Below are positions 1 through 8,915 of a DNA stretch of 42,622 nt, piece by piece. Made by a program: the position numbers and the translations under genes. A model generated the notes under the pieces. It was not told the origin of the DNA, did no database searches, and was given only the letters and a program-made list of their open reading frames with translations. How positions within the stretch are numbered: position 1 is the stretch's first letter; each line of letters begins with the position of its first letter. Origin of the DNA: a virus; IMG/VR virus record IMGVR_UViG_3300045988_038218, positions 1-42,622 of that record, one strand, 5' to 3'.

Positions 1-99
1 ATTTTTTTTTTGACCGCTTCCAATTGGGCGGTCAATTCGTTTTGCGGAACCTCGGCGAACAAATCCAATATCTTTTGCAATCCGTCCGTTGATAGGTCG
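1..99. repeat. Terminal direct repeat, copy 1 (circular-assembly overlap)
   Basis: nt 1-99 (a, T10, gaccgcttccaattggg...gttgataggtcg) are identical base for base to nt 42524-42622. Confidence 0.95.
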
Positions 100-404
100 T
101 TTTTCGGTTCCCCGTCCACGGACTTAACCAACGCACAAAACGCCAAATGCCGGGGGGATACCCCGGATTGAATGAAATACACGTTTTGCCGCATATTTTC
201 CAATTCCTGTATCGCCATTTCCGGTTTTTTCCCAATGCAATATCGTTTGGTTTTCTCAATATGGTTGTCAAAGTCTGCCAAATCGGAACCAACCCCGGCG
301 TCGATAAGCAACATTTTGTTATACGCATGAAAACGCAACATCGGCAACGTGTCGATTGCGTCGTATATCTCGACGGTATGCCCGCCCAATTGTGCCGTAA
401 TCAT
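1..404 (-). CDS. 5-prime part of a ~255-aa gene that crosses the circularisation point (continues 42622 down to 42160); unknown function, tail-assembly-chaperone position just upstream of the tape measure gene
   Basis: Manual translation: the frame of ORF 42160..42603 stays open through nt 81-404 with no stop. ATG at 404-402 overlaps the TGA (403-401) of the upstream gene (ATGA coupling). The ORF track shows only the TTG-initiated 3-prime piece. Confidence 0.7.
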   Translation of the reverse strand, partial: MITAQLGGHTVEIYDAIDTLPMLRFHAYNKMLLIDAGVGSDLADFDNHIEKTKRYCIGKKPEMAIQELENMRQNVYFIQSGVSPRHLAFCALVKSVDGEPKNDLSTDGLQKILDLFAEVPQNELTAQLEAVKKK

Positions 405-658
405 AGCAATATGCGTGTTATCATGGTTGAACAAAAGGGAACCAACAATAACGCCGGGTTTCCGGTTACAAACGCCAAAAGGATTGCCAAAGCAACCCCC
501 GCCCAAAAGGACAAACAAAAATCGCAATGGAACATCTTTGCGAAAAACTCGTTGCCGTGGACTTGTACCCACTCAACGCACCCCCATTTTTTTAAGAGGG
601 TCAAACCGAACGCCGCAACCAAAGCGACCACGGCGGTATAAAATGCAAATTGTATCAT
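401..658 (-). CDS. Small membrane protein, DUF1360-like
   Basis: ORF 401..688 starts on TTG. First ATG at 658 (MIQFAF...) lies 10 nt after the upstream stop. Hydrophobic helices; FHCDFCLSFWAG matches the CxxCxxxW signature I associate with DUF1360. Confidence 0.6.
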   Translation of the reverse strand: MIQFAFYTAVVALVAAFGLTLLKKWGCVEWVQVHGNEFFAKMFHCDFCLSFWAGVALAILLAFVTGNPALLLVPFCSTMITRILL

Positions 659-668
659 ATCAATAAGT

Positions 669-1238
669 TTATAAACATGGTTGTTCAATAGTCAATTCGC
701 CCTCAAAGCGGAACCCGGCGAACGGGTGCATTAAAAATTGGTTGTCGATTTCGTCCAACGTAAACCCCCGGTATATATTTTCCGCTTTATCATATACCCG
801 GTTGATAACAAGCCGCCCGGATTTCAACCGGAACCCTCCGTTTAAGACGTGCAATATTTCCGCCTTGACCGCCTCCGTATTGCGGTTGTTTCGGTCGTTG
901 GTTATCGTCCGCATATCAAACCAAAAGATAATCGAAAACGGGGCTTTCCAATCCGATTGGATACCCGGTTGCCAATCGACGTTTTGCGGGTCGTCCACAA
1001 CAAAGAACGAAAAGTTACCCAACTTTGCGTCCGGGGACACGGGCAAATACTCATTCCCCCCGGCGTACACGTTCGGCGTGTAATAGCGTTTGCCGCCTAT
1101 CATTTTAACCAACCGTTCCGCCCTGCCAAACGAACGGGTCAACCAACCCAAATTGTCCGCCAACCCTTGTTGTATGTCTGCAATAACCCGGTCGAATAAT
1201 TCCGGGTTTGCAATCGTCGGTACTCTATTTATTGCCAT
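669..1238 (-). CDS. Virion/tail-region protein, unknown function (189 aa)
   Basis: ATG at 1238-1236; lies in the block between the capsid and tape measure genes; no motif recognised. Confidence 0.6.
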   Translation of the reverse strand: MAINRVPTIANPELFDRVIADIQQGLADNLGWLTRSFGRAERLVKMIGGKRYYTPNVYAGGNEYLPVSPDAKLGNFSFFVVDDPQNVDWQPGIQSDWKAPFSIIFWFDMRTITNDRNNRNTEAVKAEILHVLNGGFRLKSGRLVINRVYDKAENIYRGFTLDEIDNQFLMHPFAGFRFEGELTIEQPCL

Positions 1239-1695
1239 AAATCACGTTTTTAGTTTGTTTCAGTAAGTCCGGGTAAATGTATTGCCAAATCAACGACCCG
1301 ATATTTTCGGTTGTCAATCCTAATATTTGCCGCCCGTACTTTTTTATCAATCCCTCGGTTTTAAAATCCGCCGCTTTGATTTCAAATTGTTTGTCGCCAA
1401 CCTCCATAAAAAACGACGCTTCAAAATCCCCGGTATCCCTCAACGTTACCCGGTTGGTCGGTTGCCCCTTTTCCTCCTTTATCGCAATGGTTAGGGGGGA
1501 ATACGGGGCGTAATCCATAATATCGACGCCCAAACGGTTTATACCTTGTTCAAACAATTGTTCCTCGGCGTTCATATCAATTATATACGCCTCGTTGTCC
1601 CAAATGATTTGTTGCAACCATTTCCCGGACGTCAAACCGTCGTTCGCAACGATAACCCGTTTTTGCAAATCCAATATTGATTGTAACCCCGGCAT
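1225..1695 (-). CDS. Head-tail region protein, unknown function (156 aa)
   Basis: ORF 1225..1701 starts on TTG. ATG at 1695 (MPGLQSIL...) lies 6 nt after the upstream TAA. Confidence 0.6.
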   Translation of the reverse strand: MPGLQSILDLQKRVIVANDGLTSGKWLQQIIWDNEAYIIDMNAEEQLFEQGINRLGVDIMDYAPYSPLTIAIKEEKGQPTNRVTLRDTGDFEASFFMEVGDKQFEIKAADFKTEGLIKKYGRQILGLTTENIGSLIWQYIYPDLLKQTKNVIYGNK

Positions 1696-1701
1696 ACCCA
1701 A

Positions 1702-3024
1702 TTACGTTGTCCGGTACTTGACGCCCCGGTTGTTGCAACTCAAACAAATGCGGTCGATACCCTGCGTATCCAACCGTAATGCCTCAAACGCTTTTTTAAG
1801 GTCATAACCCAAACCGCCGGGGCGACCCTCAACGTTGCCGTCCAATTCGTACAATATTTCCATTTTGGACGCATTCGATTGATTGCGGTTAACCCTTACG
1901 TCCGGGTTCATTGCCAACGTGCGCAAAGCGATTGCGGCGACTTGGCGTTGAATTACCGTTTGGAATATTGACCGTTGGGATACGATAAAATCCGTAAGGT
2001 CGCAACCAACGGTTATTTCGCAATTCAACCCGTAATTCTGCGTATTGGTGTACATCGTGTACGCAATATCCCACAACTCCGGGTATTCGGCGAATGTTTC
2101 CGGGGCGTTGAACATAAACGGCGACACTTGCAAATACTTTGTTATTTGCTTCCATGCCTCAATATTGCCGTACCCGGTACACGTTCCGCACGGTTCCCGG
2201 CTCCAATCTTTCGACACGTTAATTGCTTGCATTCCGGCGGGCAAATCGTCTTGATTGTAGCAAAGGAACCACGCACCCCCGGCGTTGTTTGCGTCGCTTA
2301 TATACGGCAAAAAACAATCTTCCAACGTAAACCATTGAAAGCCGCCATTTGTCAACGTAAAATTCAAATCAAACGTTTTTACGGGGTCAATTTGCGAACT
2401 ATGGAAAAGGTACAATTTCACAATCCCGGTTCCGCCTGTCATTTGCAAGCCAACCCGGTGTATTTGGGCGGTAACTCCCATTGCCCGGACGGGGATTATT
2501 TCAAAGCCAACCAATTTATGTGCGTTCGGTTGGGTTGCTCTGATACGCCCCGCACCGTCAAAGAACGGGCGACGCTCCAAAAGATTCTTTGTTTCCTTAT
2601 CCAACTGCTTTATTTGTGTAAACGTTTGTACCGCCGTGGAAATTCCGTTGCGGGTCAAACGCTCCAAATAGTCGGACAATATGTTGTATTTCTCCCAAAA
2701 GGTCGAACCCTCGGCGGGAACCTCGGCGACGTTATCAACCAAAGCAACCCAATACAAAGGTTTGCCCGCCGCATCGTTGGCGTATTGTACCACGGTTTCG
2801 GCTTTCCATTTCTTTGTATCGTTCCAAACCGGGTATTGAAAGCCCCAATTGTCCGGGACGATTGCTGCCATATTATCCAACGTTACAAGCGGGTGCGCCC
2901 CTTGAAAATATAACCCGCTTTCGGTTTCCGTCAATTGCTCGGCGATTGCCTCGGCGGGATTATATGATTGTTCCCAACCGACGACGTGCAATAACTTATC
3001 TTGTATTTCCTTAATCCTATACAT
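1702..3024 (-). CDS. Large virion-associated protein, unknown function (440 aa)
   Basis: ORF 1702..3045 begins on GTG. First ATG at 3024 (MYRIKEIQ...) overlaps the end of the HNH gene by 8 nt. First structural gene after the capsid gene. Confidence 0.65.
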   Translation of the reverse strand: MYRIKEIQDKLLHVVGWEQSYNPAEAIAEQLTETESGLYFQGAHPLVTLDNMAAIVPDNWGFQYPVWNDTKKWKAETVVQYANDAAGKPLYWVALVDNVAEVPAEGSTFWEKYNILSDYLERLTRNGISTAVQTFTQIKQLDKETKNLLERRPFFDGAGRIRATQPNAHKLVGFEIIPVRAMGVTAQIHRVGLQMTGGTGIVKLYLFHSSQIDPVKTFDLNFTLTNGGFQWFTLEDCFLPYISDANNAGGAWFLCYNQDDLPAGMQAINVSKDWSREPCGTCTGYGNIEAWKQITKYLQVSPFMFNAPETFAEYPELWDIAYTMYTNTQNYGLNCEITVGCDLTDFIVSQRSIFQTVIQRQVAAIALRTLAMNPDVRVNRNQSNASKMEILYELDGNVEGRPGGLGYDLKKAFEALRLDTQGIDRICLSCNNRGVKYRTT

Positions 3025-3541
3025 AAGCCCAAATATAACCGCCACAAGTTTTTTTTATACCCTTACAGCATTTAACAATATTACTATCATTTAAACCCGT
3101 TTCCCGTTGTGCGTCTTTTACTGATAAAAATGTTTTTATCAAATCGCCGCAAATGGAATACATCGCAATTTGTTTTGCTCGTTGGTGCAATCCGCCTAAT
3201 CTCCCAACCATATATTCACCAATCTTTTTATTTAGGCGTGATTTTGTTATTGGATTATTACAATTTTCTTTGGTTGTAACCCAACGCAAATTGTCCGCCT
3301 TGTTATTCGATTTGTTGCCGTCTATATGGTCAACACATGGTTTATTGTCCGGGTTCGGAATGAAAGCCGCCGCAACTAATCTATGAACATTAACAGATTT
3401 ACGAGTACCATTGTACAATACTACAACATTATACCCGTGCTTATTGGGAACGGTTTTAACCATCTTTGTATTATTACGCACGTTTCCGTAATTACTTATT
3501 TCATAATTAGGGAAATCGTGTATTACTTTCCAATTTTCCAT
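3017..3541 (-). CDS. NUMOD4 + HNH_3-type homing endonuclease with C-terminal NUMOD1/IENR1-like HTH (paralog 1 of 3)
   Basis: WKVIHDFPNYEISNYGNV (NUMOD4 pattern); VHRLVAAAFIPNP...VDHIDGNKSNNKADNLRWVT (HNH core); C-terminal SVKDAQRETGLNDSNIVKCCKG...GGYIW. Free-standing between the capsid terminator and the next structural gene. Confidence 0.85.
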   Translation of the reverse strand: MENWKVIHDFPNYEISNYGNVRNNTKMVKTVPNKHGYNVVVLYNGTRKSVNVHRLVAAAFIPNPDNKPCVDHIDGNKSNNKADNLRWVTTKENCNNPITKSRLNKKIGEYMVGRLGGLHQRAKQIAMYSICGDLIKTFLSVKDAQRETGLNDSNIVKCCKGIKKTCGGYIWAYV

Positions 3542-3551
3542 ATCATTAATT

Positions 3552-3588
3552 TAAAAAGAGGGGGCGGGGATAACCACCCCGTCCCCTC
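3552..3588 (-). terminator. Rho-independent terminator after the major capsid gene
   Basis: gagggggcgggg (3558-3569) / ccccgtcccctc (3577-3588) form a 12-bp GC stem (one G-U) with a 7-nt loop. On the minus strand it is followed by CUUUUUAAAUU (A-run 3553-3557). Confidence 0.8.
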
Positions 3589-3615
3589 GGTTAAATAATC
3601 GTTCCGTATTGCGGT

Positions 3616-4734
3616 TTATGCACCCGCACCACCACCCCCGGCGGGAAACTCGGTTGCGTTGGTAACGTAAACGGGCATTCCTAACGGTTCGTTCGGGTTA
3701 CGTGCTGCAATCTCGGCTTTGATAATCGGGTTTGCAATGGTCGTTGGGTCGCTATTGTAAGCAACGATAAACGCCACGTCAACCGAAAATCCGAAATACT
3801 CCTTAACGGCACACGTCAAATCCTCCGTTGCCGCCCCTGCGATTGCTGATTGGTCGCCAACTCCGGTGTAATAGTGCGAACCAACGGGCAAATCAATGTA
3901 CGGTAAACGCACAACGTCCCATTCGTGGAAATTCGCACGGGCACGGCGCAACGCCTCACGGTCAACACGGGTAAGGATACCAACGTTGCCGTCTGCAACT
4001 GCATAGAACGAACCCATTTTGCCGCTTTCGTCGGTAACGTTGTTCGTGTAATGGATAACCTTATTGTCGTACTCCATGCGCTTGTTTACGTCATTATAAA
4101 TGCCGTGTTGCGCAAGTTTACGGATAAGGCTATCAACCCCGGCGTTACCGATAATGTGGATATACTCCGGGTAACAGTTTGCCCGCATAATCGGGTTTAC
4201 GTCGCCCAAAATCTCGGTCGCCATTTGTACCGGAACTTGGATACTGTTACCCGTCTGCGTGTAGTTGAGCAACGTTTTGAAAACCTGTGTTTTGTTGGCT
4301 TCCAAAGCGGCAACCCCGGCGGCGTCCAAAGAGTTTGCCAACGCACGGGTCGTTTTCTCCATTTTCCGCAAAAAGTCATGTTCATACGAAATCTCGTTGT
4401 TCATGTATGCGGCGGGAACCATTGTAAAGCCTATCGCATAGGTTGCCCAAACGACGGTTACAAGTGCGGACGTGTTTTCGTTATCGGCGATAACACACGA
4501 CCGGGTGTTGGATACCTGTACATTTTCGTCGTAACTAATTACGGGAATTTGTACGGTATTGCCCATTGACGCAAACGCACGGTCGCGCAAATTGGGGTTA
4601 ATGATTGAGGACGGGGCGTTGGTTTGTTCAATGAAAAAATCCAATGCGCCATACTCACACGGGCGGGTCATATTACGGTCTAATTCCGGGTTTTCAACTC
4701 GCCAATTCTGCAATCTTGTTGCGATTAATGACAT
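3616..4734 (-). CDS. Major capsid protein (372 aa)
   Basis: Follows a coiled-coil scaffold-like gene and precedes the strongest terminator in the window. Size and synteny are typical of HK97-fold capsid proteins. Assigned by position, not by motif. Confidence 0.7.
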   Translation of the reverse strand: MSLIATRLQNWRVENPELDRNMTRPCEYGALDFFIEQTNAPSSIINPNLRDRAFASMGNTVQIPVISYDENVQVSNTRSCVIADNENTSALVTVVWATYAIGFTMVPAAYMNNEISYEHDFLRKMEKTTRALANSLDAAGVAALEANKTQVFKTLLNYTQTGNSIQVPVQMATEILGDVNPIMRANCYPEYIHIIGNAGVDSLIRKLAQHGIYNDVNKRMEYDNKVIHYTNNVTDESGKMGSFYAVADGNVGILTRVDREALRRARANFHEWDVVRLPYIDLPVGSHYYTGVGDQSAIAGAATEDLTCAVKEYFGFSVDVAFIVAYNSDPTTIANPIIKAEIAARNPNEPLGMPVYVTNATEFPAGGGGAGA

Positions 4735-4750
4735 ACTTTTAAAATTTTAA

Positions 4751-4783
4751 TTGTTATTGAATGCGGGTTTACCCTTTACCCGT
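4751..4783 (-). promoter_or_regulatory. Conserved 33-nt leader element, copy B (ACGGGTAAAGGGtaAACCC...AATAACAA on the coding strand)
   Basis: 26/33 identical to 8820-8852 by manual alignment. Can fold as CGGGT-loop-ACCCG. Lies 17-49 nt upstream of the capsid ATG, immediately after the scaffold stop. Confidence 0.6.
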
Positions 4784-4790
4784 GGTTACT

Positions 4791-5744
4791 TTACTTTTCC
4801 GGCAACGCCGCAATATTGTTTTCTTTCCACGCCGCCGTCATTGCGTCGTCGAACTGTTTTGTACCGACTTGCAAGCCTTGACCCTGCAAAGACTGTGTAA
4901 TTGCGTCGTATGCCTCAACCCTTGTTTTTGCGCCGGAAATGCTGATTGCACCGCCGCCGATTCCGCCGGAACCGCCCGCCGGGGGTGTGCTTCCGCCGCC
5001 CGCCGCTTGGCGTCCTTTGTCGATAATACCCATTGTTTCCAATTCACGGGTCAAAAGGTCGGCGGGGGTGTACGGGTTCAACTGATTGTTCGGGTTGCGC
5101 ATAATCGCCCCCGTTTCGTCCTTAAACGCTAACATCTTGCCGCCTTTGCCGTCGTCGATTAACTCCGGGTTCATTCCTTTAATTTTGTCGATTGCTTGCG
5201 ACAAAAGAACCTTTGTTGCGCTTTCGGGCAATTCCGGTTTGAACTTGACCCCGGCAACCGCCGTTTGCAATGCACTTTCAACACGTATGCCGAACAATTC
5301 CGTTGCGTGGGTTTGTTCGGCTTGGTCGTACTTGGTTTTTAGGTCGTTGAACTGCGTTTGTACCGCCGTCAAATCCGCCTTTGCTTGCTTCAAAGCCTTT
5401 GCGGTTTCGGCGTCGGTTGCGCCGTCGGCAATCGCCTTTTCCAAACGTGCCTTTTCTTTCGTCAGACTTTCGATTTGGGCGGACAATCCGTTTGCGCCCT
5501 CGGCTTTCGCTTTGAACTCCGACAATACACGTTTTGCGTAATCGTATGTTTTTTCCGTGCCGTTCTTGGCTACCCCGGTCGCCGCCAAAATATCGGCGTC
5601 CAAATCTCCGTAAATTTTGCCCGTCTTTTGAGCAATTACGGTGTTTTCATCGTTTTGCGACAACGTGGTTATCGCCTGTATTTGTTCGTCGGTCAAACCG
5701 GACAATACCGCATTTGCCTTTAATACATCACTTGTTAATGCCAT
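4791..5744 (-). CDS. Scaffolding protein candidate (317 aa)
   Basis: Ala/Lys/Glu-rich and coiled-coil-like through the middle, with a Gly-rich C-terminal part. Located directly upstream of the capsid gene. Confidence 0.55.
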   Translation of the reverse strand: MALTSDVLKANAVLSGLTDEQIQAITTLSQNDENTVIAQKTGKIYGDLDADILAATGVAKNGTEKTYDYAKRVLSEFKAKAEGANGLSAQIESLTKEKARLEKAIADGATDAETAKALKQAKADLTAVQTQFNDLKTKYDQAEQTHATELFGIRVESALQTAVAGVKFKPELPESATKVLLSQAIDKIKGMNPELIDDGKGGKMLAFKDETGAIMRNPNNQLNPYTPADLLTRELETMGIIDKGRQAAGGGSTPPAGGSGGIGGGAISISGAKTRVEAYDAITQSLQGQGLQVGTKQFDDAMTAAWKENNIAALPEK

Positions 5745-5779
5745 AATCTTACCCTTTGATTATTAGTTAATAAAATCAG

Positions 5780-6301
5780 TTACTTTCCGCCCTCGGCTTT
5801 TTCCTCGGCTTTCGCTTTGGCGTCGTTTTTTGCACCTTTGGCGGGTTCCGCCGGGATAACTCCCGCCGCTTTCAATTCTGCCAAAATTTCGGCTTTCAAT
5901 GCGGCTTTTTCCTCGGCTTTCGCTTTGGCGTCTGCCTCCTCCTTTGCCTTTGCATCGGCGGCGGCTTTTTCCTCGGCGGCTTTGTTCTTGGCGGCGGCTT
6001 TAGCGGCATTCGCCTCGGCTTGTTCTGCCAACCAATCGTTCGGGTCGTGCAACACGGTAATCGTGTAACCCTGTTTTTTCAGATTTTCGGCAACCGAATT
6101 TTCGTACATCTTTTTGCCGAATTTCTGAACCCTCGGAATTGATAAGCGTTTGCCCGTTTCGCTGTCGAACTTTTTAATTTCGATAACGGCGTGATACAAA
6201 TGTTTCTCATTGTCCGGGACAATGTAATTTTCCGGGGTTACGTTCTCAACTGTAACGTCTTTAGTTTTCCCCTCGGTTCCTGCTTTCACTCGCATAATCA
6301 T
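5780..6301 (-). CDS. Hypothetical head-module protein with Ala/Lys/Glu low-complexity C-terminus
   Basis: ATGs at 6301 and 6295; lies between portal and scaffold; C-terminal AAKAAAKNKAAEEKAAADAKAKEEADAKAKAEEKA tract. Confidence 0.6.
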   Translation of the reverse strand: MIMRVKAGTEGKTKDVTVENVTPENYIVPDNEKHLYHAVIEIKKFDSETGKRLSIPRVQKFGKKMYENSVAENLKKQGYTITVLHDPNDWLAEQAEANAAKAAAKNKAAEEKAAADAKAKEEADAKAKAEEKAALKAEILAELKAAGVIPAEPAKGAKNDAKAKAEEKAEGGK

Positions 6302-7991
6302 TCAATTTATTAGTTATAAACTCAATCTTTCGGTTGAACGGCATATTATAACCGAACTCCAAAATATTTAAAAACTCACGTTCAAACCTCCGTACAAAGG
6401 TAGAAAAATTTAGCTTTACCCGCATATCGCTTTCGCTGATAATCTGTTTGCTGTACAAATCCAAAACCTCGTTACGGGTCAAATGTCGGTACGGTTCCAA
6501 CTCCGCAAGTATTAACATACGTTGCAATTGGGTTGGATTGTTCCGGTACTCCGTTTCCAAAATTTGGTTTTGTAAGGCGTCCAATTCCGCCTCGCTTGCG
6601 CCGCTTTCCTTTGCCTTGCTGTATCGTTCCCGCAACTCGGTTGCGTTCGACAAATAAAACTCGGTTCCGTAATTGACTTTTGCAGACACGAACAAACCGC
6701 CATAACGCAAACGGCAAACCGTTTCATCGACGAATTGTTGCGCCGCCTCAAATCCTTTCTTTACCCGGTTTAATATCGTGCTTTGACTTTCAAAGTTTGC
6801 CAATACTTGTTGTTCATTGAGGGCGTCCCGTGTCGTTACCTCCTCGTTGGTTCCAACGACCGACGTAATGATATTGTTCTTTAAACGTTCCTCCTCCTCA
6901 ACATTGTATTCCAAACTCCCACGGTCAACGGTCAACATTTGAACCGGGTTGCGCAAATCGGGTTGTTTATCCCCGTCCGGTATTGGTATCTCAACGAAAG
7001 AACCGACGCCGTTAATACGGCTTTCCCCGCATTTGGGGCAACGCTGTAACAACCCGGCGGCGTCCAACCGGTAAAACCCTTGTTTGTCCTTTAAAAACCC
7101 ACCGTCGCAATAATCGCCATTCTCGGCATTGCTAAAATCGCAACTTTGTTCATACCCGGAATAAATCGGATATGCGCCGTATAAATCCAAATGTCGTTTA
7201 CTGATATGGTAAAACAAAAACCAATCCAACGCCTCCAATTGCTTGGTTAACGGGGATTGTTTAATGTCGGGTTCTTTGAGGCTCAACGGTTCCGTCCAAA
7301 AGAACCGGGCGGGGCAATACCCTAAATCGTGCGGATTTTCAACCAACAATTCGCCAATGTTCCCGTTATCGGCTTCCCGGAATATCCGGTATTGTTCGTT
7401 GTCAATTACCGCAATCCGTTTGTCGTCCTGTCTGAAAATTATCCAATCCATTAACCCGGTTGTTGGGTTGGCTCGGTAATCTATAACGGACGCAATCGGC
7501 AACCAATAAAAATACGGTGCGGGGTATTTGTCGCCGGGGTTTTGTTCGGTCGGCATATCAACAATTAAGACGCTGTTAATTTCGGTTTGGAAAAACTCCC
7601 AACCCTTATTGCTCCAAACCTCCGGTTCGTGCAATACGTCTTGGCGGTAATACTCCCAATCGTCCCTTTGGTCGCTATTCATAAACTGATAGTTGAACGC
7701 CGGGTTACGACCGTCGAAAATGCGGCTTAACTTATCAAAACAAATGCCCGTTACCTCGTTAGTCTTAACGGGGTAACGGAACAATGTTTTAAACATTTTA
7801 AATTTATCGTGCGGCAATAGGTTTCCGACAAACGCCAAAAAATCCGTTACGGGTTGGCAAATGTCAAACGACGTAATACGAGTTTGAGCGTGGAAATTGA
7901 TACGGTTTTGGTGGTAAACCGCCCGGCTAATTGTCGCCCGTTTCCTCGGCTCCGTTATCCGCTTTTTTATGTCGTTTATACTCAATCCCAT
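6261..7991 (-). CDS. Portal protein candidate
   Basis: Largest head-module ORF downstream of TerL (ORF 6261..8078, which starts on TTG). In-frame ATGs at 8042 and 7991. The start is uncertain because it overlaps the 72-aa ORF. Called by size and synteny only. Confidence 0.6.
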   Translation of the reverse strand: MGLSINDIKKRITEPRKRATISRAVYHQNRINFHAQTRITSFDICQPVTDFLAFVGNLLPHDKFKMFKTLFRYPVKTNEVTGICFDKLSRIFDGRNPAFNYQFMNSDQRDDWEYYRQDVLHEPEVWSNKGWEFFQTEINSVLIVDMPTEQNPGDKYPAPYFYWLPIASVIDYRANPTTGLMDWIIFRQDDKRIAVIDNEQYRIFREADNGNIGELLVENPHDLGYCPARFFWTEPLSLKEPDIKQSPLTKQLEALDWFLFYHISKRHLDLYGAYPIYSGYEQSCDFSNAENGDYCDGGFLKDKQGFYRLDAAGLLQRCPKCGESRINGVGSFVEIPIPDGDKQPDLRNPVQMLTVDRGSLEYNVEEEERLKNNIITSVVGTNEEVTTRDALNEQQVLANFESQSTILNRVKKGFEAAQQFVDETVCRLRYGGLFVSAKVNYGTEFYLSNATELRERYSKAKESGASEAELDALQNQILETEYRNNPTQLQRMLILAELEPYRHLTRNEVLDLYSKQIISESDMRVKLNFSTFVRRFEREFLNILEFGYNMPFNRKIEFITNKLNDYASESRNRGEN

Positions 7992-8145
7992 TGTCGTTGG
8001 TAAATTTAAAATCGCTGTCTTTGGGTAATTGCCAACCGCCATTGTTCGGCATCCGTAAAAGGCGATTAGCGTGTTCAATCGTAAATTCGTCGGAAAGGTT
8101 GTGCGTCGGACAAACCAACCTTACCTTTGTTATCTTTGCTCCCAT
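7927..8145 (-). CDS. Hypothetical protein (72 aa)
   Basis: ATG at 8145-8143, 3 nt after the upstream stop; ordinary protein-like composition. Confidence 0.5.
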   Translation of the reverse strand: MGAKITKVRLVCPTHNLSDEFTIEHANRLLRMPNNGGWQLPKDSDFKFTNDNGIEYKRHKKADNGAEETGDN

Positions 8146-8148
8146 TCG

Positions 8149-8790
8149 TTAGGGGGCAACCTTTAAATCGGTCAACGGGTTGAACGACGGTGCGACAATT
8201 GCCAAATCGTCCGACCAATTCGGCAAAAACGACCATTGGATTGCGTTGCTGTCCGGGGCTTCCAACCCTCCCAATGTTTTGTCGCCGATAAACAGCGAAC
8301 GAATGGGAATCGGGTAATACGTTCCGGCGGTTTCGGTGTCCTCAATCGCTCCGATTGCGCCGTTTTCATCAAAGAGGAAAACGCCCAAATTGTCGCCCCA
8401 ACTTTCGCACTGCATTTCTTTGAGTGCCTTAATTACGGCTTGCGGGGCTTTGCGGATAACTCCGGTAAACGGGGTTGGCTCCCTGCCAATGATTTCTTCC
8501 ACGCCTCCCAACGTTTCGTTACCGCCTCCGAATGTTCGGGCGGCTCCCGCCTCGGCGGTCGGTGCTTGGATATACGGGGAAACGACAATCTTCGTGTCGT
8601 TGTTCGCTGACAATTTCGGCGTCCACGACGCAAGCAAACCAATTGCCGCCGCCGTTGCGAAACTGTTTTTGGTTCCGTCCGCCTGTGTCAGACGTTGAAA
8701 CGCTACCTTTTGGATTTGCCCGAAACTTTCGGCGCAAGTAATGGCGGGTACATCGGGCAAAGCCGCCGCCGCTGGACACTTACAAATCAT
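8149..8790 (-). CDS. Virion structural protein candidate (213 aa), possibly a major tail/abundant protein
   Basis: ATG at 8790-8788. It has its own leader carrying the same 33-nt element as the capsid gene. Unusual position between TerL and portal. Confidence 0.55.
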   Translation of the reverse strand: MICKCPAAAALPDVPAITCAESFGQIQKVAFQRLTQADGTKNSFATAAAIGLLASWTPKLSANNDTKIVVSPYIQAPTAEAGAARTFGGGNETLGGVEEIIGREPTPFTGVIRKAPQAVIKALKEMQCESWGDNLGVFLFDENGAIGAIEDTETAGTYYPIPIRSLFIGDKTLGGLEAPDSNAIQWSFLPNWSDDLAIVAPSFNPLTDLKVAP

Positions 8791-8819
8791 AATCTTTTGC
8801 TTTTAAACGTTTAAAAATC

Positions 8820-8852
8820 TTGTTATTAAAATTGGGTTGTCCCTTTACCCGT
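8820..8852 (-). promoter_or_regulatory. Conserved 33-nt leader element, copy A
   Basis: ttgttattaaaattgggttgtccctttacccgt compared with 4751-4783; lies 30-62 nt upstream of the 213-aa gene ATG. Confidence 0.6.
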
Positions 8853-8864
8853 TCTTATCGTCTA

Positions 8865-8872
8865 CAAAGTTA
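8865..8872 (-). promoter_or_regulatory. Possible -7 box (TAacTTTG) of a Bacteroidota-type promoter
   Basis: caaagtta on the plus strand equals TAACTTTG on the coding strand. No good TTTG -33 partner at 17-23 nt. Confidence 0.35.
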
Positions 8873-8915
8873 TAAACTTTTTCCGATAAATAACTTGCAT
8901 ATATCGCAAATGTTT

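Noticed and set aside
1-99. The 99-nt terminal repeat as a biological direct terminal repeat or cos region
   Set aside because: It starts and ends in the middle of a coding frame and has no terminase-type features. Its length is typical of a de Bruijn k-mer overlap on a circular contig. It shows circular closure, not physical genome ends.
32-666. Track ORFs 32..328(-), 147..641(+) and 349..666(+)
   Set aside because: They are displaced by the junction-spanning gene (frame open from 404 to 1, ATGA-coupled) and by the DUF1360-like gene.
1975-2913. 312-aa plus-strand ORF and the many 60-190-aa plus-strand ORFs (for example inside the tape measure gene at 38642-42152)
   Set aside because: All lie antisense to longer, contiguous, translationally coupled minus-strand genes. 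They are shadow ORFs of a strand-biased genome.
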